Of a DNA stretch of 64,000 nt, positions 1 to 14,000 are shown piece by piece. A program made the translations under genes and the position numbers. The stretch is from IMG/VR virus record IMGVR_UViG_3300023179_008562, positions 26,678-90,677 of that record; one strand, given 5' to 3'. How positions within the stretch are numbered: the first letter of the stretch is position 1; each line of letters opens with the position of its first letter. The notes beneath the pieces are model-generated. The model was not told where the DNA came from and ran no database searches. It saw nothing but the letters and a program-made list of their open reading frames with translations. The DNA comes from a virus.

Positions 1-2068
1 CATAAATCGCACCAGCAGTGGTATCAGCCGCTACCTGGATGTCATTGACACCACTGGCAAATATTCCAGCACCAATATTTTTGCTCAGGATGGTATCCTG
101 TATCGAGACCCATTTGTCAAGTCATTTAGTTTCGACTTTGCCACCAGAAATGACATTTATCGTGTTATCAATAACAAAATTAAACCCATTGCTGCGGCCA
201 AGGAAACACAGCAATTTTTCTATGCATTCTACAAGAAATTTGGAATCACCGGAATCCGCTGGCACCAGTCCACCGAAATTGCCAATGGCAGTACCGGATT
301 TTTCTTCAATGATCTAAATGACGATGCCATCTACTCCCGAGATTTTGATCTGATGCTGCAATTGGGCGCGGGCGCCGCCAGTGGTAACACCAGATACATC
401 AGGCATGGGGCCATTTTGAGATTTAGTGCTGGTGAGGGAAAATATTTTGATGCCAGAAATAACATCAAAACTGGTGCACCGGTCAACAACACTGACAAAT
501 ATTATATCTATGCCGCAATTCAGCAAATCATCGGCGATGGCACCAATGGCGGCATCGGTAACCTGTTAAATGGTCAGGGCCCAGTGACAGTTAATCAGGT
601 AGTTCCCAATGGTGCACAGGTTGATCATGTGATAGCAGTCTTCAATAATGAATTTGACAATTCATTAATCAATGATATCACCAATTATATTCAGACATAT
701 TCGGATTTTGGTCTCAGATACGATGAAAATTTGTCCAAATGGCAGATCGTTAGTCCCGAGAACATCAGTATTGATTCTGAGTTCAGTCTGTCCTATGCTG
801 GCAACACCAGTGGGCGTCAGTTGGATGCCAGCTGGTTTATCCAATTTACTGCCCAGGGACAGATCTACACTGTGAGCTACCGTGGATTGGATTATGTGTT
901 TGAAAGTGTTCAAGAAACTGGGTTCTATTTTGACGGCACTACAAAAATTTATGACCCCAAGACTGGATTCACAGTTCATGATCAGATAAAGATTCTCAGA
1001 GTCAACTCACAATCCGATAGTTCTGCACCACTATTGTCAGACTACACCTGGTTCGTTCATAAGAACATTGTGGAGGTGGACGGGTACGAGAATACACAAA
1101 AAATTCTGGTGACATTCCCAGACAGTGATTCAGACGGTGTGCCGGACAACCCCGAATTATTTGAACAGCTGGTAAATCCCGACGTCAACAGCCAGAACAA
1201 GCGGGTTTATTTTCGACAGGTCATCAGTGATGACAACTTTGCCAGATTGCAATTGGTCAGACAGGAGCTGGTGTCAACTGACGCTGAAACATATTATGAT
1301 CTGCAAAAAAACATCACTCTGTATCGGGATGGGCAGATATTTTATATACCCAACATGAATAAATTCTATCAGTTGTCGGTATCGGGATCTGATTATAATA
1401 TAAATGATCTGTCGGGGTACACTGCCAAGTATGGCAGACAAGATTTATATTTCCAATACCGCCATAACAGTCCCAACAACCGAAGAATTGACCCCAGTCC
1501 CAACAACATCATTGACCTATACATACTGCCCAAACAGTATGCAGCTGACTACACTGCCTGGGTGCAGGACACTTCCAACAAGGTGACCAAACCTCGAGCG
1601 CCCACATCTGAAGAATTGAAACTGGAATTCAGCAGACTGGAAAACTACAAGACCATATCAGACACACTGATTTATAATCCTGTCAAGTTCAAACCCATTT
1701 TTGGCGCCAAGGCCGAGCCAAATCTTCAGGCCATGTTCAAAGTGGTCAAAAACCCCAATGTGGTGGTCAGCGACAATGACATCAAAACATCAGTGGTGGC
1801 CGCCATCAATCAGTACTTTGATCTGGCCAACTGGGATTTTGGCGAGACCTTCTATTTCAGTGAGCTCAATGCATACCTGCATCAGGCCCTGGCACCCAAC
1901 ATTGCCAGTGTGATCATAGTTCCCGCCAGCAAGAACAGTGTGTTCGGAAGTCTGTTACAGATAAATGCCGAATATAATGAAGTTATCATTAGTGCTGCCA
2001 CAGTGGACAATGTACAGATTATAACTGCAATTACAGCAGCACAGATCAATCAGAACGTAATAGTTTAA
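1..2068 (+). CDS. Baseplate wedge protein (T4 gp6/baseplate J-like), 5'-truncated by the window
   Basis: The frame reads open upstream of the ORF-track ATG at 353 (INRTSSGISRYLDVIDTTGKYSS... from nt 2). The C-terminus AINQYFDLANWDFGETFYFSELNAYL resembles baseplate wedge proteins, and the gene precedes tail genes. Confidence 0.7.
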   Translation, partial: INRTSSGISRYLDVIDTTGKYSSTNIFAQDGILYRDPFVKSFSFDFATRNDIYRVINNKIKPIAAAKETQQFFYAFYKKFGITGIRWHQSTEIANGSTGFFFNDLNDDAIYSRDFDLMLQLGAGAASGNTRYIRHGAILRFSAGEGKYFDARNNIKTGAPVNNTDKYYIYAAIQQIIGDGTNGGIGNLLNGQGPVTVNQVVPNGAQVDHVIAVFNNEFDNSLINDITNYIQTYSDFGLRYDENLSKWQIVSPENISIDSEFSLSYAGNTSGRQLDASWFIQFTAQGQIYTVSYRGLDYVFESVQETGFYFDGTTKIYDPKTGFTVHDQIKILRVNSQSDSSAPLLSDYTWFVHKNIVEVDGYENTQKILVTFPDSDSDGVPDNPELFEQLVNPDVNSQNKRVYFRQVISDDNFARLQLVRQELVSTDAETYYDLQKNITLYRDGQIFYIPNMNKFYQLSVSGSDYNINDLSGYTAKYGRQDLYFQYRHNSPNNRRIDPSPNNIIDLYILPKQYAADYTAWVQDTSNKVTKPRAPTSEELKLEFSRLENYKTISDTLIYNPVKFKPIFGAKAEPNLQAMFKVVKNPNVVVSDNDIKTSVVAAINQYFDLANWDFGETFYFSELNAYLHQALAPNIASVIIVPASKNSVFGSLLQINAEYNEVIISAATVDNVQIITAITAAQINQNVIV

Positions 2069-2098
2069 GTAGTACAATTTTTTTTAAATGAGTTAATA

Positions 2099-5000
2099 AT
2101 GGCCGCAAGAAAAAGTTCAAATTTATTGCCAGGTGTATTTCAGACCGATACCAATCAGAAATTTTTATCTGCAACTGTGGATCAGCTGATATCCGAACCC
2201 AGACTAACCAAAGTCAACGGATACATAGGCAGAAAGTTTGCGCCCACCTACAAGTCTGGTGACAACTACATCACAGAAATCAGTGCTGACAGACAAAACT
2301 ATCAACTTGAGCCCAGTCTGTTGGTCAAGGATGAGTCTGGTCAGATAACTTTCTTTGCCAGTTATGACGATTTTCTAAACAAGATAAAATACTACGGTGG
2401 TTTTACTGATAAACAAAGTCGTCTGTTTGAGCAGGAATATTATAGTTTTGATCCTGGTATCAGTTACGACGCATTTGTTAACTTTAGTCAATATTACTGG
2501 CTCCCCGACGGTCCTGAAGCAGTGTCAGTGAATACCACCACAATTGAGTTGGTGAAAAATTTCCGAGTTGTCAGAAATGTTGCCAGTGACCGATATGACT
2601 TTTATGATAACAATATTGTCAATAACAGCATTACTCTGGCACGTGGCGGCACTTACACATTTACGGTCAATCAGCCAGGTATACCTTTCTGGATACAGAC
2701 TGAACTGGGAATCGACGGAGCAATTAATGCCACACCTGCTATATCGTCACGTGACGTTTTGGGCGTGGAAAACAATGGGACTGATTCGGGTGTTATAACT
2801 TTCCGAGTGCCTCAGTCAGATGCACAGGACCGTTTTGTCAAGATGAAAACAGTCTACAATGTGGATTATGCATTCTCCATGGCATATGCCGACATACATA
2901 ATTCCCGACTGTCTGAGTTTCTAGAAAAGTTTCCAGAATATTATGGGATAACCAATCAGTTCGTTGGTAAAACCCTGGTTTTGGTTGACCAAAATCTTTT
3001 AACCAGTCGAGGTGAAGCAGCCTGGTCTGGCGATGGCATCTACGATGAGCAGAATTATAATACAAACCCATTTGATTCCAGTGACATCATACCAGAGAAT
3101 CAGAGATCCGGGGTCTGGCAAATACTTTATTCAGAATCAGGAGTTCCAGAAGATCCAATCATAAAACTGGTACCAGTTCTGGTACTCAAACAAGATCAGA
3201 AAGTTTTTGTCAAATCTGGCATTCGAGCCAGTCGGGAATTTTATCAGGACTATGATGGCCTACTGAAACCCATGCCATTGTTGAGCAATCTACAGGATAC
3301 TTTGTATTTTCAGGATGGCGACAGTGCCGGCATTTATGGATTTTTAAAAGTAGTCAATCCTGCCAATGATGTCATTGATGTTGACCGAGAGATCATTGGC
3401 AAGAAACTCTACACCAGCCCCAATGGTGTCAAATTCACCAATGGTTTGAAAGTCAGATTTGGTTCAGATGTCAGCCCTGTACAATATCAGAACCAGGAGT
3501 TTTATGTTGAACGGGTAGGGCGCGGTATACATCTGGTGCCAGTTGATATTCTGGTGCGTCCCGAAGCATACAATGATGAAATTGCCCAGAATTATTCAGA
3601 TGAAATTTTTCCTGAATACATCACTATTAATCGTGATTCCATTGATCTGAATGCCTGGTCCAGAAACAACCGATGGTTCCATATTGACGTCATAATTAAA
3701 ACTGCAGCCTATAATAATCGCCAGCCGGCGTTGGACCAGCGAGCGCGTGCACAAAGACCTATTATACAGTTTGATGTCAACTTTCAGTTGTTCAATAATG
3801 GTAGAACCGCCAAGAAGCCCATTGACATCCTGGACGTCACTACTAGTGATCCGTTTAATGCCTACGACGGTCAGATCATTGAATCAATTTTCGGTATCAA
3901 ACCTTTTGATGGAATGCGTATCCTGTTTTCAGCAGCTGAAGATCCATTGGTGAGAAATAAGATTTATGTCATTAATCTCATACAGTATGATCTAGATGAT
4001 TCTGGGTTGCCAACAGGACCACGACGTATTGCCTTGTCTATTGCCGAGGACGGAGATGCCGCTGTCTGGGATTCAGTGGTGGTCACGCAAGGGCAATATC
4101 GGGGCGTCACCTGGTGGTTCAATGGTAACCAATGGGTCCAGGGCCAGCAAAAAACACAATTGCAGCAAGAACCCCTGTTTGACATCATTGATTCAGATGG
4201 TCGTAGTTTGTCAGAGTTTTACCGCAGTACATTTAACGGAACTCGACTTTTTGGTTATGTAAGAAATGCCGCTGGGGTCACCGATAAAATTTTGGGATTT
4301 GCTCTGAAATACAGAAATTTCGGTACCCAGGGCGACATTGAATTTGAAAATTACTATGACACTGATGTGTTTAGTTATGTTGAAAATCAACTCACACAGA
4401 GTGATTTGAGAATTTCTGATTACGGATTCCTTTATGAGATTCAGTCTGACGGGGAACTTGCCCCAAGAAACAACTGGCGCACAGCAGTGGAATCCAGCCG
4501 GCAGTATCAGATTTTAAACTTTACATACGATGGCATTAATAATTCGTTTCAGCTGGATGTTGTTGCTGCGGAATCGACCAGTGTGCCCAGTCTGAAAGTA
4601 TATAAAAATAATGTTTTTCTTCAGACCAATGAATATCAACTTGTCGATAATAAATTAACTGTCACTGCGTCATTGGCGACTAATGACAAAATTGATGTAT
4701 TAATTTATAGCCGGAAACCCAGTAATATTGGATATTATGAAGTTCCCAGTAACTTAAACTTAAACGCACAGAACATAGACCTGAATCAGATATCTCTGGG
4801 GCAGGTGAGAAATCATCTGGTGGCTTTGAGCCAGAATTCCACAGAACTAGTGGGTAATATTCTGTCCACAAACAATCTCAGAGACATTGATATAACCTCA
4901 CAGGGCGGCACCATACTACAGCACAGTGCACCGGTGACATACTCCATGCTGTTTTTGATGGATAAGTCTGCAAATTTCATTGATGCATTGCGATTTGCAC

Positions 5001-8000
5001 AACTAGAGTACAGTAAGTTTAAAAATAAGTTTTTGGAATTGGCTCAGACTCTGGGTGGCATTGAATCCATGACACCCGAGGCTGGTGTTGATGCCATTAT
5101 GGTGAGTTTGACCAATATTAAAAATATATCGTTCCCCTGGTATTATAGTGATATGGTACCATATGGTACGCTCAAGAGAGTGGTCAATGGACAGGGTTAC
5201 ACAGTATTTGATCCTCTGGTTCGTTCATACGAAATCAATGGAGTGTTTAATGATCAAGTATTAAGTAGCCGTGCAGTTCTGGTCTATCTGAAAAAATACA
5301 ATCAGAATAATTTTGTGCAACTGATTAACCGTTTAGATTATACATTTGATCAAACTCGTCCAGCCGTTACTATTGAAAGTCGTGTGGAACTGGACATAGA
5401 TGATGTTATCAAAATTGTTGAATATGACAACACTGATGGCAATTATATACCCGAGACCCCCACCAAATTGGGGTTATATCCCAGATATGTGCCTGAAATT
5501 TTTCTAGACAATACCTATAGACAACCCATAAATGTCATCAGAGGTCATGATGGTAGTATTATTCCAGCATTTAACGATTATCGAGATAATCTGATATTGG
5601 AACTGGAAAAAAGAATTTACAATAATATAAAATTACCAGAGACAAATATCAACAGTGATATAATGTCATTGACTCCCGGCAAGTTCAGATCATCCGATTA
5701 TACTCTGGGCGAAGTCACACAACTGATTTCCCGAAGTTTTCTGGCCTGGGTGGGAAACAATCGATTGGACTTTTCCACCAATCAGACCTTTGCCAGCAAC
5801 GATTCATTTACCTGGAATTATTCGGGCAGTCAGGACAGAATTGACGGCGAATACATGCCTGGAAATTGGCGTGCATGTTATCAATATTATTACGACACAC
5901 AGCGACCACATCTGACACCCTGGGAAATGCTGGGATTTACTTCCCAGCCAGACTGGTGGCAGGACTATTATGGGCCTGCTCCCTACACTGGTGCCAATCA
6001 GGTGCTGTGGGATGATCTGGAAGCCGGTAGAATCAGACAGGGATTTAGAAGCCTGATAGATCAGGGGCAGGGCCCAGGCATTGATCCCACCTTTGCCAGA
6101 CCCGGTCTCAGTCAGGTAATACCTGTGGACGAACATGGAATATTACTGAGCCCAGCTCAGATTTTGGCCAGATCCACCCATCCCAAATCTGCGGCCAGTG
6201 CCTGGAAAGTGGGGGATTTTGGTCCCGTCGAATGGGCCTGGCGCAGCAGCAGTGATTATCCTTTCGCAGTTCAACGTGCCATGGCTCTGGGAAAACCAGC
6301 CAGATATTTTGGGCTGTTAATCGATACGTATGGATACAAATCAGACAGTCTGATTGATCAATATCTGACACCCAATAAAAATCACCTCAGGCAGACCGAT
6401 GTCAAATTTAACGGCGATATTACTCAGACTGGCGTAGTCAGAAGTGCCGGTTACATAAACTGGATCATTGATTATCTGAAAAACCAGGGCCTGGATCCTG
6501 TGAGCAAATTGTCATATATTCTGAAAAATTATCAGGTCAATCTGGCCTACAAGATGTCAGGGTTTACTGACAAAAAATTTATTCGGGTCCTGGCAGAGCA
6601 AAGTAGCCCCAGCAGCACCAATGACAGCATTATGATTCCTGATGAAAACTATCAGATTCATTTGCATAAATCAACCCCCATACAGAAACTCACATACAGT
6701 GCAGTGATTGTACAAAAAACAACCAATGGGTACAGTGTCAAGGGATACAATTTAAACAATCCTTTCTTTACCATTATACCCAGCCAGACCAACAATAACA
6801 GCACCAAAATACAGGTCTTAACCGAAATTGCAACTATTTTTAAAGACTATCAGAGAGTCAAACTCACTGTGCCTTATGGTTATGAATTTAAAAATCCGCA
6901 GCAAGTGGTGGATTTTCTCATAAGTTATGAGCGATATCTTCTGAGTCAGGGGTTTACATTTAATGGGCGAGATCCCGACCTCAGGCAGCCTCGTAACTGG
7001 AAACTCAGTGCGCAGGAATTTTTATTCTGGTCACAGCAGGGCTGGGGTGTTGGCAGTATTTTGGTTTTGAGTCCCACGGTCAATGATCTGGCCCTGGTGA
7101 CCAAAAATGCTGTGGTTGATGAAATTAGCAATAGCCAGATTGGGTCAAGAATTCTTGATCAGAATTTCAAACTTGTCAAGAACAACAACTACAATGTGGT
7201 GAGAACTCCCACAGATTTTAAAATATCATTGTCTGTCACCGGTAGCACAATTGGATTTGTGGAATTGGACCTGGTACAGTACGAACACGCATTAATTTTT
7301 GATAATCTCACAGTTTTTAATGACATCATTTACAAACCAGAACTGGGCAATCGACAATATCGATTAAAATTAATCGGACAGAAGACCTCAAACTGGGACG
7401 GCAGTCTGAATGCACCGGGATTCGTATACAGTTCTGATCAGATTCAAACCTGGCAGCCTGGCCGAGATTACCAGAGAGGCGAACTTGTGCAATACAAGGC
7501 ACAGTACTGGGTGGCGCTGGAATTTGTGATTGCCACCACTGATTTTGCCTGGACCAAGTGGAAACAGATTGAGCAGTCGCAAGTCCGTGTTGGTATGCTA
7601 CCAAATCTTTCTACTCTGGCGGTTAAAGGTCTGATTTCTTACGACAATTACGGGCAGATACAGGATTCAGATCAGTTGAAATACAGCTATGGGTTAATTG
7701 GATATAAACCCAGGCAGTATCTGACAGATTTGGGTCTTTCAGACGCCACACAGATTGAACTTTACAAAGGATACATTAAGCAGAAGGGCACAGAAAATGC
7801 GGTCAATCAGCTGACCAAATCCAAATTCAATAACATTAATAGCGATATCAAATATTACGAAGAGTGGGCGGTGCGTGTGGGTGAGTACGGGGCGTTAAAC
7901 ATGAATCCCTATGTGGAAATCGCTCTGGACGAAACTAATTTTGGAGTCAATCCTTCCCTGGCCAGGTTTGTTGAGGATACGTCAAGGGATCAGGGTGATG

Positions 8001-11000
8001 GTATTACAGTTTTCAATAAAACACAGTTATACGGGTCATCTGGGCACTTCAGTGGGTTTGTGGCACTAAACCGATCAGTGATCAGTGATATTAGTAATGA
8101 CATTCCCACAGCTGGGTACGTTAACATTGAAGATATAGATGCCACTTTATTTGATCTCAGCTATTATTCATACATTGGGTTAGATATAGATTACGTTGGC
8201 AGTGGTTACACCATCTGGTGTGCTCGAGATTTTGCCGGTGATTGGAACGTTTATCGAGTTACTGAAACCGACAACCACATTATCAGTGTTGCCAACAGTT
8301 TAGACAACTATGTGTCATTCACCACACAGGCACCACATCAATTAACTATTGGTGATGTGTTTTTGGTCAAAGGACTGAATTCTGCATTTGATGGGTTTTA
8401 TCGAGTTCACCAGACCCAGGGACTTGATCAGATTATTGCTCTCTATCAGGGTGATCCCGCAAATTATCAAAATTTAACTTCTCTAGACGGATTTGCCATG
8501 TTACTCAGACTGGACAGCATGCGATTCCGATACATGGAAGATGCCAGAATTTATGGTCTCAACAACCCCCTGCATGGGTGGAAAGCCGGAGATAAAATTT
8601 GGATTGATGTGGATGCGGCCACCACAACAGCAAATGGTCAAAGTCAGGACACTGAAAGTGGAACCTGGAAGGTCTACGAGAAAACCATGCCCTGGGGGCT
8701 ACAGCAGAACTTATCCAAGGCGTCTGGGGAATATGTGACCAATGATGGTTTTGGCACTTCAGTTAAAATGAATGCCGACGGGTTATACGCAGTTGTTGGG
8801 TCACCCAAATCTCTGAACACCGGCACAGTCACAGTATTCAATAAAAACGCTTCAGGAGTGTTGGTCGAAGGAGAACAATTATTACCTAAATTGGATCAGA
8901 CTCTGGATTACGGCGCCGAGGTCAGTCTGGCCACTGAAAGGCTTGCAATCGGTGCCCCTGGCAGTGTCAGTAATACGGGTAGAGTCTTTGTTTACAACCG
9001 ACCCACCGGGACCAGTACATTTTTACCAACACAGGTATTATCAGGACCAGCAAACTCTGCTGGGCGATTCGGATCCAGCCTGACATTTGATGAAGTTGGA
9101 AACTGGCTGTATGTTGGTGCTCCTGATGAAGACCGAGTATATGTGTATGGATTAAATCCCAGGGTCTCAGTCAAAACACAATCTCTGGCCATAAACTCTC
9201 CCACAAATATCATTACATTGTCCTTCAGTCCTGATGTTCCCAACAATGCCGAATCTTTGCTAATCACCGGAGTCAATCGAATATTTTTACCAGATATTGA
9301 TTATACAGTTACTGGTAGAATTATAACATTTGCATCCAATTTAAGTTCTGGTGATTATGAAATCACACAAAGAAGTTACTACACATTGGTAAAAGTGCTT
9401 ACTGGTCCTGCTGGCAGCGAATTTGGATATGCTGTCAGTGCCAGTCTGGATGGTGCGCAATTGGCAGTTGGTGCACCAAATGATTCAGTCACGGTCGATG
9501 ATGCAGCCATCCCTGGTGCTGGTGCAGTGTATGTCTATGACCGATCCATTGAAGCGTTTAACACCATCACTGATGCCACTGACACCGAAGGTGTGACTTA
9601 TCAGACACGGGGTAATATTGGGTTGATCTATCGAGTCACCATCAATAACACTGAAGTCTCTGACTATGTTGTTGCTGGTGACCATACTCTGAAATTTAAG
9701 AAAACCCCAGTTATTGGCCAGGTCATTTATGTTGAGACCAATGAATTTAAATTGTTGGAAAAATTAATTGGCATCGACAGTCTGGAGGGTGGGCTAACAG
9801 CCATACAGGAAAACTGCAGATTTGGTACAAGCCTGACCATTTGCAGCAACAACTGTGCCATCTATGTGGGTGCTCCCAATTACGATGCTGGTACACAGTA
9901 TAACACTGGTGCAGTCTGGAAATTTCATAATCGAGGCAGATTGTATGGCACCAACACTGGCAGCACACGAGACCCAGTGTTCACACCAGGTGACACCATA
10001 CGATTGGACAATTTTGAAATCACTGTCACTGGCACCAGTCTGGATGATCTGGTTCAAGACATTAACAATGCCAGCGTCTTGGGTGTGACTGCAACTAACC
10101 AAAACGGACACCTGCGTCTGGACAGTGATCGAACCGTGGCCAAAAATCTCTTGCGAATTCTCAGTGGTGAGAACAACACCGGGGATACTGACGGGGTCAG
10201 TAACGTTTATGCTGCTGCTGGCTTGTCAGTATTTGCGTTTATGCAAATTATCGTCACGCCCTATCGAAATGCCAATGAACAATTCGGTAAACGGGTTGTG
10301 CTGGCACGAAATGCCTACATGTTGGTGATTGCCAGTGATGGTGGCACCACCAGACATTATACTACTTTTGATCAGGATCAGACCTACATAGACGATCGTT
10401 CCACCGGTATATTTGATTCAGTCGTGAACAGCGGTAGTGTATACATATATGAATTATACGATGACCCCCGCAATGAGGTGGAACATCCGGGCAGATACGC
10501 ATTTGCTCAGCAGCTGGACCCTGGCCAACTCAGAGCAGGAGATCGATTTGGTGCCGCCATAGATGTTGTGGGTCGTCAGATAGTGGTCACCGCACCGACG
10601 TCTGATCTGGTAAAAACCGACGCCGGCGCAGTTTATGTATTCAACAATCCCACAGGTCACAGAGGTTGGCATCTGATCAGATATCAGGAACCCAGGGTTG
10701 ATATTGAAACTGTAAACAGAATGTATCTGTATGACACTATTTCACATACCATTTTAACTAATTTAGAATTTATTGATCCTGCCAAGGGAAAAATATTGGG
10801 CCTGGCCGAACAAGAAATTACTTTCAAAACTCCATATGACCCAGCCTATTACAATCGTGGCGCATCAACCCAGACTGATCTGGATCGCAATCTCTACTGG
10901 GGCCCATCACAGATTGGTCAGGTCTGGTGGAACCTGGACAACGTCAGATATCTGGATTACGAGCAGGGTGATTTGAGTTATAGAAGTGCCAACTGGGGCA

Positions 11001-14000
11001 GGGTATTCCCGGGATCAACAGTTGAAGTCTGTGAATGGGTGGAAAGTGACGTCCTGCCCAGTCAGTATTCTGGTGACGGCCAGGCCAAGCATGCCGACGA
11101 CAGCGCCTATGTTGAGATCATGACAGTGGATCCAGTCACCAACATAATAACCAGCAAATACTACTATTGGGTCACCGGAAAAACAGAATTAGACTATAAC
11201 ATCCCATTTAGAAAACTACCCCTGAATTCCATTCGAAATCTGATTGAAAATCCCAGAAATCAGGACATTGCATATGCTGCATTGATTCGAAATAATGCTG
11301 TGGTGTTTTACAACCTGGGAAAATATTTGTCAGCACGCAATACCATATTACACCTGGACTATGAATTACAGCCCAACGATAGTCTGATACATAGCGAATA
11401 TGACTTGTTACAGGTTGGTAATGTCAGCAGTGCCATACCTGAAAAAATTGTCAATAGGATGATTGACAGTTTATCGGGGATCAACAACACCGGAGCAAAT
11501 GTGCCTGATCCAACATTGCCTCCGGCCAATCGTTATGGTATTAGTATCAGACCCAGACAGACCATGTTTGTGGACCGATTGCAGGCCATGTCGGATCTGG
11601 TGGACTTCGTTAATTCCATATTCATCACAAAGCCCATCACCAGACAATACGATCTCAGACAACTGATGTCAGAGGAGCCCATACCAGATGTAAAATATTC
11701 AGAATATGATCATCAGGTGGAAACCAGAATTGAACTGGATTATATTGACACGGTTAAAACACCTGTGGGGTATCGGGTATTGGTCAAAATAGACACCACC
11801 CAGGATGGCTTATGGGTAATATATCAACTACGGTCAGACCGGACCTGGCAGGTGACCAGGGTTCAGAGGTATAAAACTGAACTGTATTGGGATTTCGTTG
11901 ATTGGTATGCTGAGGGCTACAACATCACTGATAAAATAGAATATGTGGTGGAAACTCTAGTGGATGCTCTGGCATTGCCTGCCAGGCCGGGTGATGAAAT
12001 ATTAATTCGAGTAAATCGGGGACTTAACAATGTCAGAGGTTGGAATTTAATTTCAGTCAGTGACAATGGTGAATTTCAGGTGGTTGGCATTGAAAATGGC
12101 ACCATACAACTGAAATCATCACTATACAATCTCACAGATAATCAATTGGGATTTGACGGTCGTGGATTTGATTCCAGCAGATATGATCAGAACCCAAATA
12201 TTGAAATTCGACAAATTTTAGCAGCACTGAAGGATGACATTTTTGTCAATGAGTTGCGCTCCGAATTCAACAATTTGTTCTTTGTCATGATAAATTATCT
12301 GATGACCGAACAAAAATATGTGGATTGGATTTTCAAAACCAGCTTCATTAGTGTGGCACACAAACTTCGTGATCTCAACCAATATCCCAATTATGTCAAA
12401 GATAATCAGACCTACTATCTGGATTACATCAACGAAATCAAACCCTACGCAACCAAGGTCAGAGAATACCTGATCAAATATGCTGGTGATGACAATTACG
12501 CTGGTGATGTCACTGACTTCGATCTGCCACCATACTATGACAGAGAACTTGGTCAGTGGAGAAGTCCGGACGGTGAGTATATTGAACAAGATCGACAACT
12601 CTGGGCCACCGGATATCTGGCTGATGGTACGCTGATTAACCCAGATTACCCACAATGGTATCAACACAGACATCATCAGATTGTTGCGATTGTCGTTGAA
12701 GATTCTGGTCAGGGATATACATCTGAGCCCACTATCACCATCGTGGGCGGTGGTGGCAATGTGATAGCTGCCCGAGCACGCGCCCGGATAGATTTTGACA
12801 CCGGGCAGGTTATTGACATTGAGATTGTTAGTTCTGGTAATGGGTATGCCAGTACGCCCACGGTGGTAATCAATGGTAGTTGTGAACGCCCAGCGCGTGC
12901 ATATGCAGTTTTAAAAAATTTACAAGTCAGAAGCTTTGATTCAACCCTGAAGTTTGACAGAATCAACTATACCAGTCTGGTTAAAGAGTGGGCAGCAAAC
13001 ACTGTTTATGCGGCGGGTGATATCCTGACTTACGCAGTGCCTGACGGTGGGACCCTGGTCAGAACGGCCTATCGTGTACTGAACAATATGGTTACTGGGG
13101 CACAATTTGACCCCACCAATCTGGAAATTTGCCCGGCGGATTACTTTACCAATGCCAATGACAGAATCATTGCCTATTATCAACCACTGACGGGCGCAGT
13201 GGGCAGAGATTTGAGAAAATTAATATCAGGTATTGATTATCCGGGGGTGGGTATTACTGGGTTGACATTTGATCGGCAGCCGGGATTTGACGGACTATTA
13301 GATGGTGAGCCCTTTGATGCAGTGGAATATGACGAGGACGGAAACCCCATACTGAGTCGGTCTGCCGTTGACACAATCATTCGCAGCAACTATCTGGATA
13401 GTAATTTAGGTCTCAGACCCGAAGACATTGATGTCGATGGCGGTGCATATGTGGATACCTATAGTAGCCACGCTCCTGAAGAACTGGTGCCAGGCATAGT
13501 ATTTGATACTTTAAATCTCAAAGTCTATACCAAGGTGGCTCTGGGAACAACACTTCTGGGGTATAGAATATTTGTTGATATGCTGGGAGTGCCTCACTAT
13601 ACCAGAATTGCATCTGCCTACTCCACCAAATTAACCAGAGATTTAAATCTAAATGATCAACGTATGTACGTGGCAGACGCCACCGTGTTGGCCAGACCTG
13701 ATCCCACCACTGCCACACCAGGCGTGGTGTTTGTCAACGCCGAACGCATCACATACTATCGAAATTATGCCACTGAAGTCAGATTCTGGGTCCCCAATGT
13801 CAGTTATCGATCCGACACTGTGTTGAGCCACGGCAATATTATTACCTTCAGTGGCCCAGTGACTGCTAACATTGGCGATACCATCCATCAACCAGATTCT
13901 GGTGCTAACATCAGAGTGGTTTCCAATGTAGTGTCCAGTCTGGAGGTTCCAGCACAATATACATTATCGCAAGGGCGAATCGTTGGTAATGTGCTGATTA

